The notes under the pieces: model-generated | Databases searched by the model: none | Told to the model about the DNA's origin: nothing | What the model saw: only the letters and a program-made list of their open reading frames with translations | Shown here: positions 44,486 to 53,366 of the stretch, piece by piece | Layout of the letters: the number at the start of each line of letters is the position of its first letter | Position numbering within the stretch: the stretch's first letter is position 1 | Source: Candidatus Poribacteria bacterium | GTDB lineage: Bacteria > Poribacteria > WGA-4E > WGA-3G | DNA: 64,000 nt | Reading direction: 5' to 3' | Assembly: GCA_965205025.1 (NCBI GenBank) | Contig: CBDBFU010000020.1 | Coordinates: 1-64,000, forward strand | Made by a program: the position numbers and the translations under genes

Positions 44486-45223
44486 ATGACACCCCGATCT
44501 TTTATTTCAAATCTTTCAGTAATTTTGATGTTTTTTATCATGTTTAGTTGTGGTAGCGATGAAGAACCGCTAACTCGAAATCCTATTCAAGATTTTCCCA
44601 AATCAGATATAATCGGTTCTTGGAATGTTACGTCTATCAATGATAACAATCCACTCGCCTTTATTCACACCTATGAACCGTTCGAAGTAGACGATGATAC
44701 AGATGGAGATATTATATCTATTGCCAATCCAGATCCAGCGGATGATACGGACATATTCGAGATTATTATTGAGAATTTCAAATTTGATTTCACAACAGAT
44801 GATTTGTGGACTTTGAATGTTGACTTTACAACAACACTCCAGATTCCTGTTGAAGATAAACTTCCTGCTGAAGATGAACTTCCTGATCCGACGGATATGG
44901 GTGAGGGGGCAGTCAGTCCTGGGGGTTCTATGCTCGATGGAGAAGTTCAAATAACAGGAACATGGTCAGGAACTTACAGCATCATTGAAGATTCTATGCT
45001 CTCCTTAATCACAAATGAACAAGATTTACAAGTAACATCTGTCAATGAAGGTACATTTGAAAATGAGTTGAGTACCCGAAAAGTTGCGATTAGAGACGAG
45101 TATCTGAGAAAATTTAAGACAAACATGCTTACACCCTTCGGCAGAGCATATATGACTTTAGAAGAACAGATACTTACACTTTTAGTGCCGGGTGGTAGAA
45201 AAACAATGGTTCTTGAAAGATAA
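44486..45223 (+). CDS. Acidic hypothetical lipoprotein (lipocalin-like pattern)
   Basis: Lipobox MFSC; IIGSWNVTSIN and GTWSGTYSI. Confidence 0.65.
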   Translation: MTPRSFISNLSVILMFFIMFSCGSDEEPLTRNPIQDFPKSDIIGSWNVTSINDNNPLAFIHTYEPFEVDDDTDGDIISIANPDPADDTDIFEIIIENFKFDFTTDDLWTLNVDFTTTLQIPVEDKLPAEDELPDPTDMGEGAVSPGGSMLDGEVQITGTWSGTYSIIEDSMLSLITNEQDLQVTSVNEGTFENELSTRKVAIRDEYLRKFKTNMLTPFGRAYMTLEEQILTLLVPGGRKTMVLER

Positions 45224-45254
45224 GCGTATCCCATACTCTGTTCTACCAGCAAAG

Positions 45255-45350
45255 GCACAGAATACATTAAGCCATCTTGATATACAAAGTGAAATCGTAG
45301 TATCGGATAATGGTTCTACCGTTAATTCTGTCGTGATTGTGCAAAGCGGT
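45255..45350 (+). pseudogene. Glycosyltransferase family 2 fragment
   Basis: DIQSEIVVSDNGSTVNSVVIV resembles the GT2 motif EIIVxDNGSTDxS; no start or remainder of the gene. Confidence 0.45.
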
Positions 45351-45396
45351 ATAACCAGCATTTGCTACGATATATCTAATATTCGTTGTAAGTTTA

Positions 45397-46296
45397 CTAC
45401 ACCAAGTTTGAAATTCTTGCTTGTTCACCAGCATGATATGAACTACGAACCAGAGGACCAGATTCTACATGTCGAAATCCCATGGTTAATCCTGCTTCTT
45501 TAAGTTCATCGAATTCTTCGGGAGTGTAGTATCGATGTATCGGTAAGTGTCGTGAGGAGGGTGAGAGGTATTGTCCAATTGTGAGAATATCACAACCAGT
45601 ATTGCATATATCCTGCATAGTTTCAAGGAGTTCTACTACCGTTTCTCCTAAGCCAACCATCAAACCTGATTTTGTTATCATTTCTGGTTTGATTTCTTTA
45701 CTAATTTTGAGAAGATTCAGAGATTGTTGGTAATTTGCGTATGGCCGTGCACGTCGATAGAGTCTTTGAACCGTTTCAGTATTATGATTGAGTATTTCAG
45801 GTTTAGCTTCTATTATGATATTTAATGCATCCCAATTACCCTCAAGATCTGGGATCAATACCTCAATTGAACAACTTGGTCGTTTTTCACGTGCAATCTT
45901 GATACATTCAGCAAAAATACTCGCTCCACCATCAGGTAAATCATCTCTGTTAACAGATGTAATGACGACATGATTCAGCATTAAATATTCGACTGCTTCA
46001 CCAAGTCTACGTGGTTCATCTGAATCAACGACACCCCCAGGTTTACCTTTTTGAACAGCACAGAACATGCATCGACGTGTACATATATCACCTAAGATCA
46101 TAAAAGTCGCTGTTCTGCTATTCCAACATTCACCTATATTTGGACAACGTGCTTCTTCACAGACTGTATGGAGTTGTAAGTCACGCATTAAGTTTTTCAA
46201 CTCAGCATAGTTTTCCCCACTTGGTATGCGAGCTTTTATCCATGATGGATGTCTTCTTGATGGTTCTGAATTTATGACAGGAAGGTTAATATCCAT
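45397..46296 (-). CDS. lipA: Lipoyl synthase
   Basis: CEEARCPNIGEC, CTRRCMFC, VITSVNRDDL, NHNTETV, VRSSYHA. True start is the ATG at 46296, because the ORF-track extension overlaps the tRNA. Confidence 0.96.
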   Translation of the reverse strand: MDINLPVINSEPSRRHPSWIKARIPSGENYAELKNLMRDLQLHTVCEEARCPNIGECWNSRTATFMILGDICTRRCMFCAVQKGKPGGVVDSDEPRRLGEAVEYLMLNHVVITSVNRDDLPDGGASIFAECIKIAREKRPSCSIEVLIPDLEGNWDALNIIIEAKPEILNHNTETVQRLYRRARPYANYQQSLNLLKISKEIKPEMITKSGLMVGLGETVVELLETMQDICNTGCDILTIGQYLSPSSRHLPIHRYYTPEEFDELKEAGLTMGFRHVESGPLVRSSYHAGEQARISNLV

Positions 46297-46316
46297 TTCT
46301 GTGTTTATGTAAACAA

Positions 46317-46410
46317 TGGCGGGAGAGGGTGGGAATCGAACCCACCTATCCACTTGCATGGACAAGCCGGTTTTGAAGACCGGTAGGGACACCAGACCCT
46401 ATCCTCCCCC
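46317..46410 (-). tRNA. selC: tRNA-Sec (anticodon UCA)
   Basis: 8-bp acceptor stem GGGGGAGG/CCTCTCCC, G discriminator plus encoded CCA, anticodon arm CCGGT-CTTCAAA-ACCGG, long variable arm, 5-bp T-stem GTGGG-TTCGATT-CCCAC; directly downstream of selB. Confidence 0.95.
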
Positions 46411-46449
46411 ATATACAATTAGTCTTAACAAATCATATTCAGTGGAAAA

Positions 46450-48384
46450 TCAACTTTGTCTTGAAGACAATCTCCTAACATTCCCCTCTCTGACTGTTAT
46501 ATTCTGAGAGTCACAGTACTCAAGGAAAGGAACTGCGTATTTTCTGGAGGTCTGACCCAGTTCACGAAATTCTCCAACAGAAATCGTATCATTATTTATC
46601 AAATAATCCTTTAATGTCTCTACAGTCTCATCGAATACCTTCGTGTGAATGAAGTAATTATCAGCTACTTTAATGAAGTGCCCGAGATTCAAGAGGGCGT
46701 AGAATGTAGATTCCACCAGTTGAGGATTGTATTCTGAGAGTTGTGTCTTTAATTCAGTCAACCCAGGTGTATTAATCCCTGCATCGAAGAATAATTTCTC
46801 TAAAGTTTCTTTTGCAGTGGATTCCTCTTCCGAGAATTGAATTTCATGGGATGCCAGTCTAATGAGATTACCATCTTTTATTATACTTTCAGATGATGTA
46901 AGTTTATCTATAATTTTTTCAAAACCAACTTCGTCAACAGAAAGATCTCTACAAAGTTGTGCTGCATTCTGTCCAGCCAGTAATGGCTGTTGTTTATGAA
47001 ATTGTTCAAGAATAGAAATCAGTTTTTCTTCTATTTCAGCAGTACGTTTTGCATCAGAAACGAGTGGTGTTCTACTTGAAACATCCCATCTTACAATTTT
47101 ACTTTCTGACGCCAAATTCTCTAATATAACCTTAACTTCAGTCTGTGCATAGGGTAAATAGTAATATAGAAAAGATTCCTCTATACACAATGTCTTACTG
47201 TTCTGTAATATGGCAGTGACGACAGACTCGTCATCCGCTTCTTCCCATTGTGCTAAAATAGAAATTGTCTCTTGCGTAAAGCGTTTATGCTTCGGTGCAA
47301 ATGGGTTGATAACTTCTCCACCCCCAACAGTATATTGTGCGGAGAAATCTCGAAGGATAATTCGGTCTCCACGAAATGTTAAGATTGGCTGTTCTAAACG
47401 TAGTTGTACTTGGACTGTGTCACCAGGGAGAATTGCCTCGTCAACCAATAATATCATTCTACAGAATATCTCACGTGTACCCAGATATGCTCTAAACCGC
47501 CCCCAATGTTCTATCATTCTTGGAAATGAGGATAGTACTTGTAAAGATATATCAATATTATCTGTGGCGCGTGAAAATTCTACCGGACACAATACATCCC
47601 CTCTCTGAATGTCATTTGCAGATGTACCAGATAGGTTTAAGGCAGTTCTTTGTCCTGCTTGAGCAACATTGGCTGGTTCATTATGTACTTGAATACCGCG
47701 TACTCTTACTTCATTCCCTTGAGGTAAAATCACCATTCTTTGATCTCTATTAACTACACCACCAATCAGAGTACCCGTAACAACTACACCAAATCCTTGA
47801 ACAGTAAACACACGATCAACATATAAACGTGGTATTCCATTATAATCTTGTTTATTTGTAGTTTGATTTACTTGTTCGACAATCATCTGCTTAAGTTTGT
47901 CAATTCCGTGACCAGTAATTGATGAGACACTAACAGATGGAATTCCTTCAAGTGATGTACCAACCAACATTTCTTGTGTCATTTCAGTTGCATCAGTTAA
48001 TTCCTCAGGTGTAGCTAAATCAGATTTTGTCATCACAAGAATACCGTTGGATATCCCGAGTAAATCTAAAATAGCCAGATGTTCAAGTGTTTGTTCTTGT
48101 ACACCTTCTTTGGCATCCACGACGAACAAAACAATATCCATCCCATAGGCACCAGATAACATATTCCGAATGAATTTCTCATGTCCAGGAACATCTACAA
48201 TCCCCGCTCTGGTATTATCAGGTAGATCAAAATAAGCAAATCCTAATTCAATAGATAAGCCTCTCTCGCGTTCCTCTTTTAATCTATCAGTCTCTATTCC
48301 TGTAAGTGTACCCACCAACGCAGTCTTACCATGGTCTACGTGTCCAGCTGTACCAATGATGAGATGTCTATTTACTTGATCCAT
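46450..48384 (-). CDS. selB: Selenocysteine-specific elongation factor
   Basis: GTAGHVDHGKT, ERGLSIELGFA, DVPGHEKFIRNM, C-terminal winged helix TSRKYAVPFLEY; start overlaps the lepB stop (TGATG). Confidence 0.96.
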   Translation of the reverse strand: MDQVNRHLIIGTAGHVDHGKTALVGTLTGIETDRLKEERERGLSIELGFAYFDLPDNTRAGIVDVPGHEKFIRNMLSGAYGMDIVLFVVDAKEGVQEQTLEHLAILDLLGISNGILVMTKSDLATPEELTDATEMTQEMLVGTSLEGIPSVSVSSITGHGIDKLKQMIVEQVNQTTNKQDYNGIPRLYVDRVFTVQGFGVVVTGTLIGGVVNRDQRMVILPQGNEVRVRGIQVHNEPANVAQAGQRTALNLSGTSANDIQRGDVLCPVEFSRATDNIDISLQVLSSFPRMIEHWGRFRAYLGTREIFCRMILLVDEAILPGDTVQVQLRLEQPILTFRGDRIILRDFSAQYTVGGGEVINPFAPKHKRFTQETISILAQWEEADDESVVTAILQNSKTLCIEESFLYYYLPYAQTEVKVILENLASESKIVRWDVSSRTPLVSDAKRTAEIEEKLISILEQFHKQQPLLAGQNAAQLCRDLSVDEVGFEKIIDKLTSSESIIKDGNLIRLASHEIQFSEEESTAKETLEKLFFDAGINTPGLTELKTQLSEYNPQLVESTFYALLNLGHFIKVADNYFIHTKVFDETVETLKDYLINNDTISVGEFRELGQTSRKYAVPFLEYCDSQNITVREGNVRRLSSRQS

Positions 48385-49163
48385 CAGTCTTGTATATGTT
48401 CTGTTTCAATCATTTTTCCGATTCGATTATAACGAATTCGACCAAGAATTTTCCATAATTCCCATAACTTAATGCCTTTTCCATTATATGACCAATAAAC
48501 CATAAAGGCTTGTCCTTTTATTCTGTTTACTTCGACAGGACCCCATGTTCGACTATCACTACTCTGGTCGCGATTATCTCCCATGGCAAAAACCATCCCT
48601 TTAGGCACTACAAAAGGATTCCCTTCAGGGAATTTCCTTTTGAATTGATTTTCTGAAAGTGTGAAGTCCTTGAATATTTCATTATTGTTCATATATGGTG
48701 GTGGCTGACGGAACGGTGGAAAGTTTCTACCTCTTCTAAAATGTGATTGTACATGCTTTGTATATTCACTATCTTCTACTGCTATACCATTGACATAGAG
48801 AGTTTTACCATTTGTATATATTGTATCACCTTCTACTGCTACAATACGTTTGATGAAATTCCTATTTGTTTCATGTGGAGGTATAAATACAAATACATCT
48901 CCCCGTGTAGGTTTATGGAAATCAAAAACTCTAATATCTGTCCCTGGGATCTTTATCCCATAAATGAATTTACATACCAAGATACGATCCCCAACTAAGA
49001 GTGTGTCTTCCATTGAACCTGAAGGAATCTTAAATGCTTCTACTACAAATGGACGGATAAACCCAAATACCAGTATTAAAGCAACGACAATTACTTGTGT
49101 ATATTCCCATACAATGGTGTTACGAAATTTCTGCCATTTTGACATTTGTACATCAGTATTCAT
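48384..49163 (-). CDS. lepB: Signal peptidase I
   Basis: IPSGSMEDTLLVGD, FIKRIV, MGDNRDQSSDSRTWG. Confidence 0.95.
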   Translation of the reverse strand: MNTDVQMSKWQKFRNTIVWEYTQVIVVALILVFGFIRPFVVEAFKIPSGSMEDTLLVGDRILVCKFIYGIKIPGTDIRVFDFHKPTRGDVFVFIPPHETNRNFIKRIVAVEGDTIYTNGKTLYVNGIAVEDSEYTKHVQSHFRRGRNFPPFRQPPPYMNNNEIFKDFTLSENQFKRKFPEGNPFVVPKGMVFAMGDNRDQSSDSRTWGPVEVNRIKGQAFMVYWSYNGKGIKLWELWKILGRIRYNRIGKMIETEHIQD

Positions 49164-49241
49164 TGAATTCTATATCCATCAATTCTCAGATGGTTACCCT
49201 TTCTGACTATAAGAAAAATTAATGATCTATTCTGTGTAGTA

Positions 49242-51047
49242 CTATTCATCACTTGCCAACATTGCGGTGAAGGCTTCTTGGGGAACATCTACACTTCCAA
49301 TTTGCTTAAGCCTCTTTTTACCTTCCTTTTGGCGTTCTAACAATTTTCTCTTTCGTGTTATATCCCCACCATAACACTTTGCGGTGACATTTTTCCTGAG
49401 TGCTCTTACAGATTCCCGTGCCACAATCTTATTCCCAATTGCAGCTTGAACAGGAATTTCAAACATTTGACGAGGGATGAGTTCTTTTAATTTACTCACC
49501 AAACTCTTGCCTCGTGTCTCAGCCATCTCACGGGGTAAGATTGTTGAGAGAGCATCAACAGGATTTCCATTGAGTAGAATATCTAACTTAGCCAAATTCT
49601 CTTGTTTGTATTCGCCAATATCATATTCTAAAGATGCATATCCACGAGTTAGGGATTTCAACTTAGGAAAAAAGTCCATAAGCATTTCACTTAATGGAAG
49701 TTCATATAGAATTTGAACTCGTGTGATATCCAACTGATTCATCCTCTTATATATACCCCGTCGTTTCTGACAAAGTTCCATCGCATTACCGATATATTCA
49801 CGTGGAAGGATTATATCAATATTGACATACGGCTCTTCAATATGTTCAATATCTTGTACTTCTGGTAAATGTGCTGGATTGTCAACGTATACCTGTTCAC
49901 CAGATTTTAGATTGACTCGGTACATCACACTTGGGGCAGTTCTAACAAGTTCAAGCTCAAATTCTCTCTCAAGTCGTTCATGAATTACCTCCATATGAAG
50001 TAATCCCAAGAACCCACATCGAAAACCGAAACCCAGAGCAATAGAGGTTTCAGGTTCATAGGTAAATGATGAATCATTTAAACGCAGTTTCTCTAAGGCT
50101 TCGCGTAGTGCATGAAATTGATTGGTATCTGAGGGATATAACCCACTGAAAACGAGTGGTTTGATTTCTTGATATCCAGGGAGTGGATTCGAGGTAGGAT
50201 GAAGGTGGTTAGTAATCGTATCACCGATTTTGGCATGTTCAATTTCACGTATCCCAGCAATTAGATAACCTACTGCTCCAGTTTTCAATTCATTGACAGA
50301 TTGCATTTGTGGTGTGAAAATACCAACCTCTTCAACTTCATAAGAACGTTTAGATTGCATGAGATGGATTTTATCACCTGGAGATACCATGCCTTCAAAA
50401 ATACGGGTGTACATAATTACACCACGGTAATTATTGTAAACTGAATCTATGACAAGTGCTTTTAAAGGTGCATCTGATTCTGTTTCTGGGGGAGGAACTT
50501 TATTGACGATAGTTTGTAATATGGCAGGTATACCGATACCTTCTTTAGCACTGACAAGTAGGGTTTCATCTGCAGGGATGCCTACAACCTCTTCAATTTG
50601 TCTTTTTACTTCATCAGGTTGGGCTGCTGGGAGATCAATTTTGTTTATTATGGGGATAAGTTCAAGGTCATTTTCTATGGCGAGATACGCATTTGCTAAA
50701 GTTTGTGCCTCTACACCTTGTACAGCATCAACAATTAATATTGCTCCTTCACAAGCTGCCAAACTTCTGGAAACTTCATAAGTGAAATCGACATGACCCG
50801 GTGTATCGATTAAATTCAGTTCATAGATTTTACCATCTTCGCCTTTGTAATCAAGTTTAACTGGTGTTGCTTTGATAGTAATTCCACGTTCTCGTTCAAG
50901 GTCCATTAAATCGAGAACTTGCTCTCTCATTTCTCTTTCAGCGAGTGTGTTGGTATGTTCTAAAAGTCTATCACTGAGTGTGCTTTTTCCGTGGTCTATG
51001 TGTCCTAAGATACAGAAATTACGTATATGTGTAAGTTTAGTTGACAT
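49242..51047 (-). CDS. lepA: Elongation factor 4
   Basis: IRNFCILGHIDHGKSTLSDR, LIDTPGHVDF, GFRCGFLGLLH, KCYGGDITRKRKLL; start at the ATG at 51047. Confidence 0.97.
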   Translation of the reverse strand: MSTKLTHIRNFCILGHIDHGKSTLSDRLLEHTNTLAEREMREQVLDLMDLERERGITIKATPVKLDYKGEDGKIYELNLIDTPGHVDFTYEVSRSLAACEGAILIVDAVQGVEAQTLANAYLAIENDLELIPIINKIDLPAAQPDEVKRQIEEVVGIPADETLLVSAKEGIGIPAILQTIVNKVPPPETESDAPLKALVIDSVYNNYRGVIMYTRIFEGMVSPGDKIHLMQSKRSYEVEEVGIFTPQMQSVNELKTGAVGYLIAGIREIEHAKIGDTITNHLHPTSNPLPGYQEIKPLVFSGLYPSDTNQFHALREALEKLRLNDSSFTYEPETSIALGFGFRCGFLGLLHMEVIHERLEREFELELVRTAPSVMYRVNLKSGEQVYVDNPAHLPEVQDIEHIEEPYVNIDIILPREYIGNAMELCQKRRGIYKRMNQLDITRVQILYELPLSEMLMDFFPKLKSLTRGYASLEYDIGEYKQENLAKLDILLNGNPVDALSTILPREMAETRGKSLVSKLKELIPRQMFEIPVQAAIGNKIVARESVRALRKNVTAKCYGGDITRKRKLLERQKEGKKRLKQIGSVDVPQEAFTAMLASDE

Positions 51048-51147
51048 GATATTAAAGTATACTACAAATAGGGTCATAATTCCATTAAAAGATATTAGCC
51101 AAAAGGTTATTATTGATCTGACTTTTCTTGGTGGGTGTGTAGAAGAT

Positions 51148-51223
51148 GAGTCCCGTAGGGACGGAATGTCTATAGCAAAGGTATACCCCATAATTGAGTC
51201 CCGTAGGGACGGAATGTTTATAG
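51148..51223 (-). repeat. Tandem pair of REP-like units, 48-bp period
   Basis: GAGTCCCGTAGGGACGGAATGT(C/T)TATAG twice; same unit inverted at 53036-53063. Confidence 0.85.
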
Positions 51224-51505
51224 ATATACGTAACTGTATCCGTTCTAAAGACCTGTGGGTGTCTTCAATAGACCAACCTACGAAATGTTTATATAAAACT
51301 TTCTAACTAAATTGGCTTTTCTGGTCTGCTATTAATGTTAGTTAATTAAGTCAAATTGGTATAACAATACCTTCGCCAATTACCTGAGTTTTAGTTGAAT
51401 GGTGTCATAGTGAGTAAGACCGATTGCTCAGAGAAGTTCCGAGATTTCAGGTTTTTGCTGAAGTCGTTTTGAATCGTATATAGACCAAATTCACATCCAA
51501 TTGAG

Positions 51506-51633
51506 TTTATGGGTGGACACAGACTAACAGTCTATGGGACAATACTGATCAGAATCGAAGGTTTCCAACTGGAGAAAAAGCAACTTAGGTAGATTATGAA
51601 CGTTAGCCATTTTGGCGAATGTATTGAGTATAA
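51506..51633 (+). repeat. Duplicated ~130-bp leader element (copy 2)
   Basis: Colinear with 36121-36251. Confidence 0.8.
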
Positions 51634-51713
51634 AAAGATAATTTAAGTCGGAAATATATCCAAAGTTTCCTCATTAATTAATGAAGGGGATAAAACTAAA
51701 AAAGGAGGAACAA

Positions 51714-52469
51714 ATGCATAGCGATTCTCTTACAAACCGATGGATTATCGGTGGAGTTGTCTATCTAATGATATTTGCTGGGGGTTGCTTTCTATGGTAT
51801 CGATATGATACTTCGTATGAAAGAAGACAAGCACAAGAAACAGCGCTATTTGTCACTAAATCGCAGCGATCAATTAAGCAAGCTAACCCGATTCTGACGA
51901 CATCTACGGACATCCCTCTCAATAGAAGCAAGACATTGGATGAAGAAACACCGTTAAATCAAGTTGTAGGAGATAGTAATATACAGGAGAAAATTGCTTC
52001 AAAAGAAGATAGGATAACAATCATGGGGAGAGAAATTAAGATCTCTGATATACCAGATATACCCAATGAATCTCCACACGGGTTCGGAATATTCCCAGAG
52101 ATTCCAGAGGATTATCCTTGGTCGGCTGTTTGGTTAGCAATCACCTATTATGATCTTCCATCTGAAAGACAGAGACAACATGAACTATTGGATCGAGTAT
52201 TAATCAAGCTCTGGACTGATGGGGACACAGACTTCAAAGGAGGAAAAATTGACGGTAATACTGGTCTTGTATATCCAAACTATTCAGACACTGTCTATAT
52301 TACCGTTGAAGAACGTCTTTTACCTGATGGATCTATCAAACCGATTATAACAAGACAATTTGGATCCGTTTCTCAAGAAATAGATCTTTTAAACCCACCT
52401 AATAATATTAAGGTATTGGATTATGATTCTGGGGGAATAGATCCTTATGAATACCTTAACTTACCATAG
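51714..52469 (+). CDS. Hypothetical membrane-anchored protein
   Basis: AGGAGG RBS before the ATG at 51714; TM WIIGGVVYLMIFAGGCFLWY; SPHGFGIFPEIPEDYP...ELLDRVLIKLW motif. Confidence 0.72.
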   Translation: MHSDSLTNRWIIGGVVYLMIFAGGCFLWYRYDTSYERRQAQETALFVTKSQRSIKQANPILTTSTDIPLNRSKTLDEETPLNQVVGDSNIQEKIASKEDRITIMGREIKISDIPDIPNESPHGFGIFPEIPEDYPWSAVWLAITYYDLPSERQRQHELLDRVLIKLWTDGDTDFKGGKIDGNTGLVYPNYSDTVYITVEERLLPDGSIKPIITRQFGSVSQEIDLLNPPNNIKVLDYDSGGIDPYEYLNLP

Positions 52470-52517
52470 AAGGGAATGAAAATGTATATGAGTTAAGTTC
52501 ATGTTACAACGATAATA

Positions 52518-52652
52518 ATGATAATAGTGTTTATTGTTTTCAATGATATTTTGGTACACAGACGAAGCAGAAAAGATCAGTCACTCGAAAAACAGATTCA
52601 AAACCCCACACAGGAAATCGAAACCCTGAAACAGCGAATCGCAAGCCTCTGA
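52518..52652 (+). CDS. Possible 44-aa hydrophobic plus coiled-coil peptide or gene remnant
   Basis: MIIVFIVFNDILVHRRSRKDQSLEKQIQNPTQEIETLKQRIASL; no clear RBS. Confidence 0.3.
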   Translation: MIIVFIVFNDILVHRRSRKDQSLEKQIQNPTQEIETLKQRIASL

Positions 52653-52707
52653 TGCAGCACGCCTTTTCACTTAGAAGTCGGAATCTGATACCGATTCATC
52701 CTAATCA

Positions 52708-53329
52708 TAGGCGTCAATTTAGTGCATATCCAGGAACGGTAGCTTCGGTTTCCTAACCGAAGCGGATTATACGAAAGGCTTTCAATCTATGGTTTAGCAC
52801 AAATCCGGTGCGGTTAGGAAACCGCACTATAGGCGTCAATTTAGTGGTTTTCCCAGGCCGGTAGGTGCGATTTCCTAATCGCACCATAGGCATCAATTTA
52901 GGATACACCTTTCGCCCCGCTGGGGCTTAGTGTTTTGTGTTTATTACGTTTTCTACAAACCTTTCGCCCCGCGAATCAACGGTATGAATGCCTTATGGCA
53001 TTCACCGGGGCTTGGGATATTGGTGATAACCACTTCTATAGACATTCCGTCCCTACGGGACTCAAAACCAATAAATCATAGTCTAAATTGACGCTAATAG
53101 TGCGATTTCCTAATCGCACTGGATCCTTCGCGAAAAACTTTATGAACGCAATTGGAACAAACCCGGTTCGGTTAGGAAACCGAACCTACCGACCTGAAAT
53201 TTATAGCGTACTTCTCTTTAAATTGACGCCTATGAATCAACGGTATGAATGCTATTTAGCATTCCCCGTGGTTAGGAAACCGCACCTACCGGCCTGGGTA
53301 TAACATTTTCTCTCCTTAATTGACGCATA
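52708..53329. mobile_element. Triple nested TIR/REP composite element
   Basis: Three left ends TAGGC(G/A)TCAATTTA (52708, 52830, 52887), then three inverted right ends (ending 53096, 53232, 53329), with GTAG-REP hairpins between them. Confidence 0.8.
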
Positions 53330-53366
53330 TGGATACAGTTTCATCCTCATATACAAGTACCCCACT

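Noticed and set aside
46297-46392. N-terminal extension of lipA in the ORF track, and the antisense ORF 46316..46507
   Set aside because: Both are translations of the tRNA-Sec gene.
36269-46410. selC-integrated genomic island
   Set aside because: No integrase and no duplicated tRNA 3' end was seen, and lipA lies between selC and the GC-rich block.
51048-51306. N-terminal extension of lepA, and ORF 50872..51306 with repeated ESRRDGM
   Set aside because: These are read-throughs of the REP-like tandem pair; LepA homology begins at the ATG at 51047.
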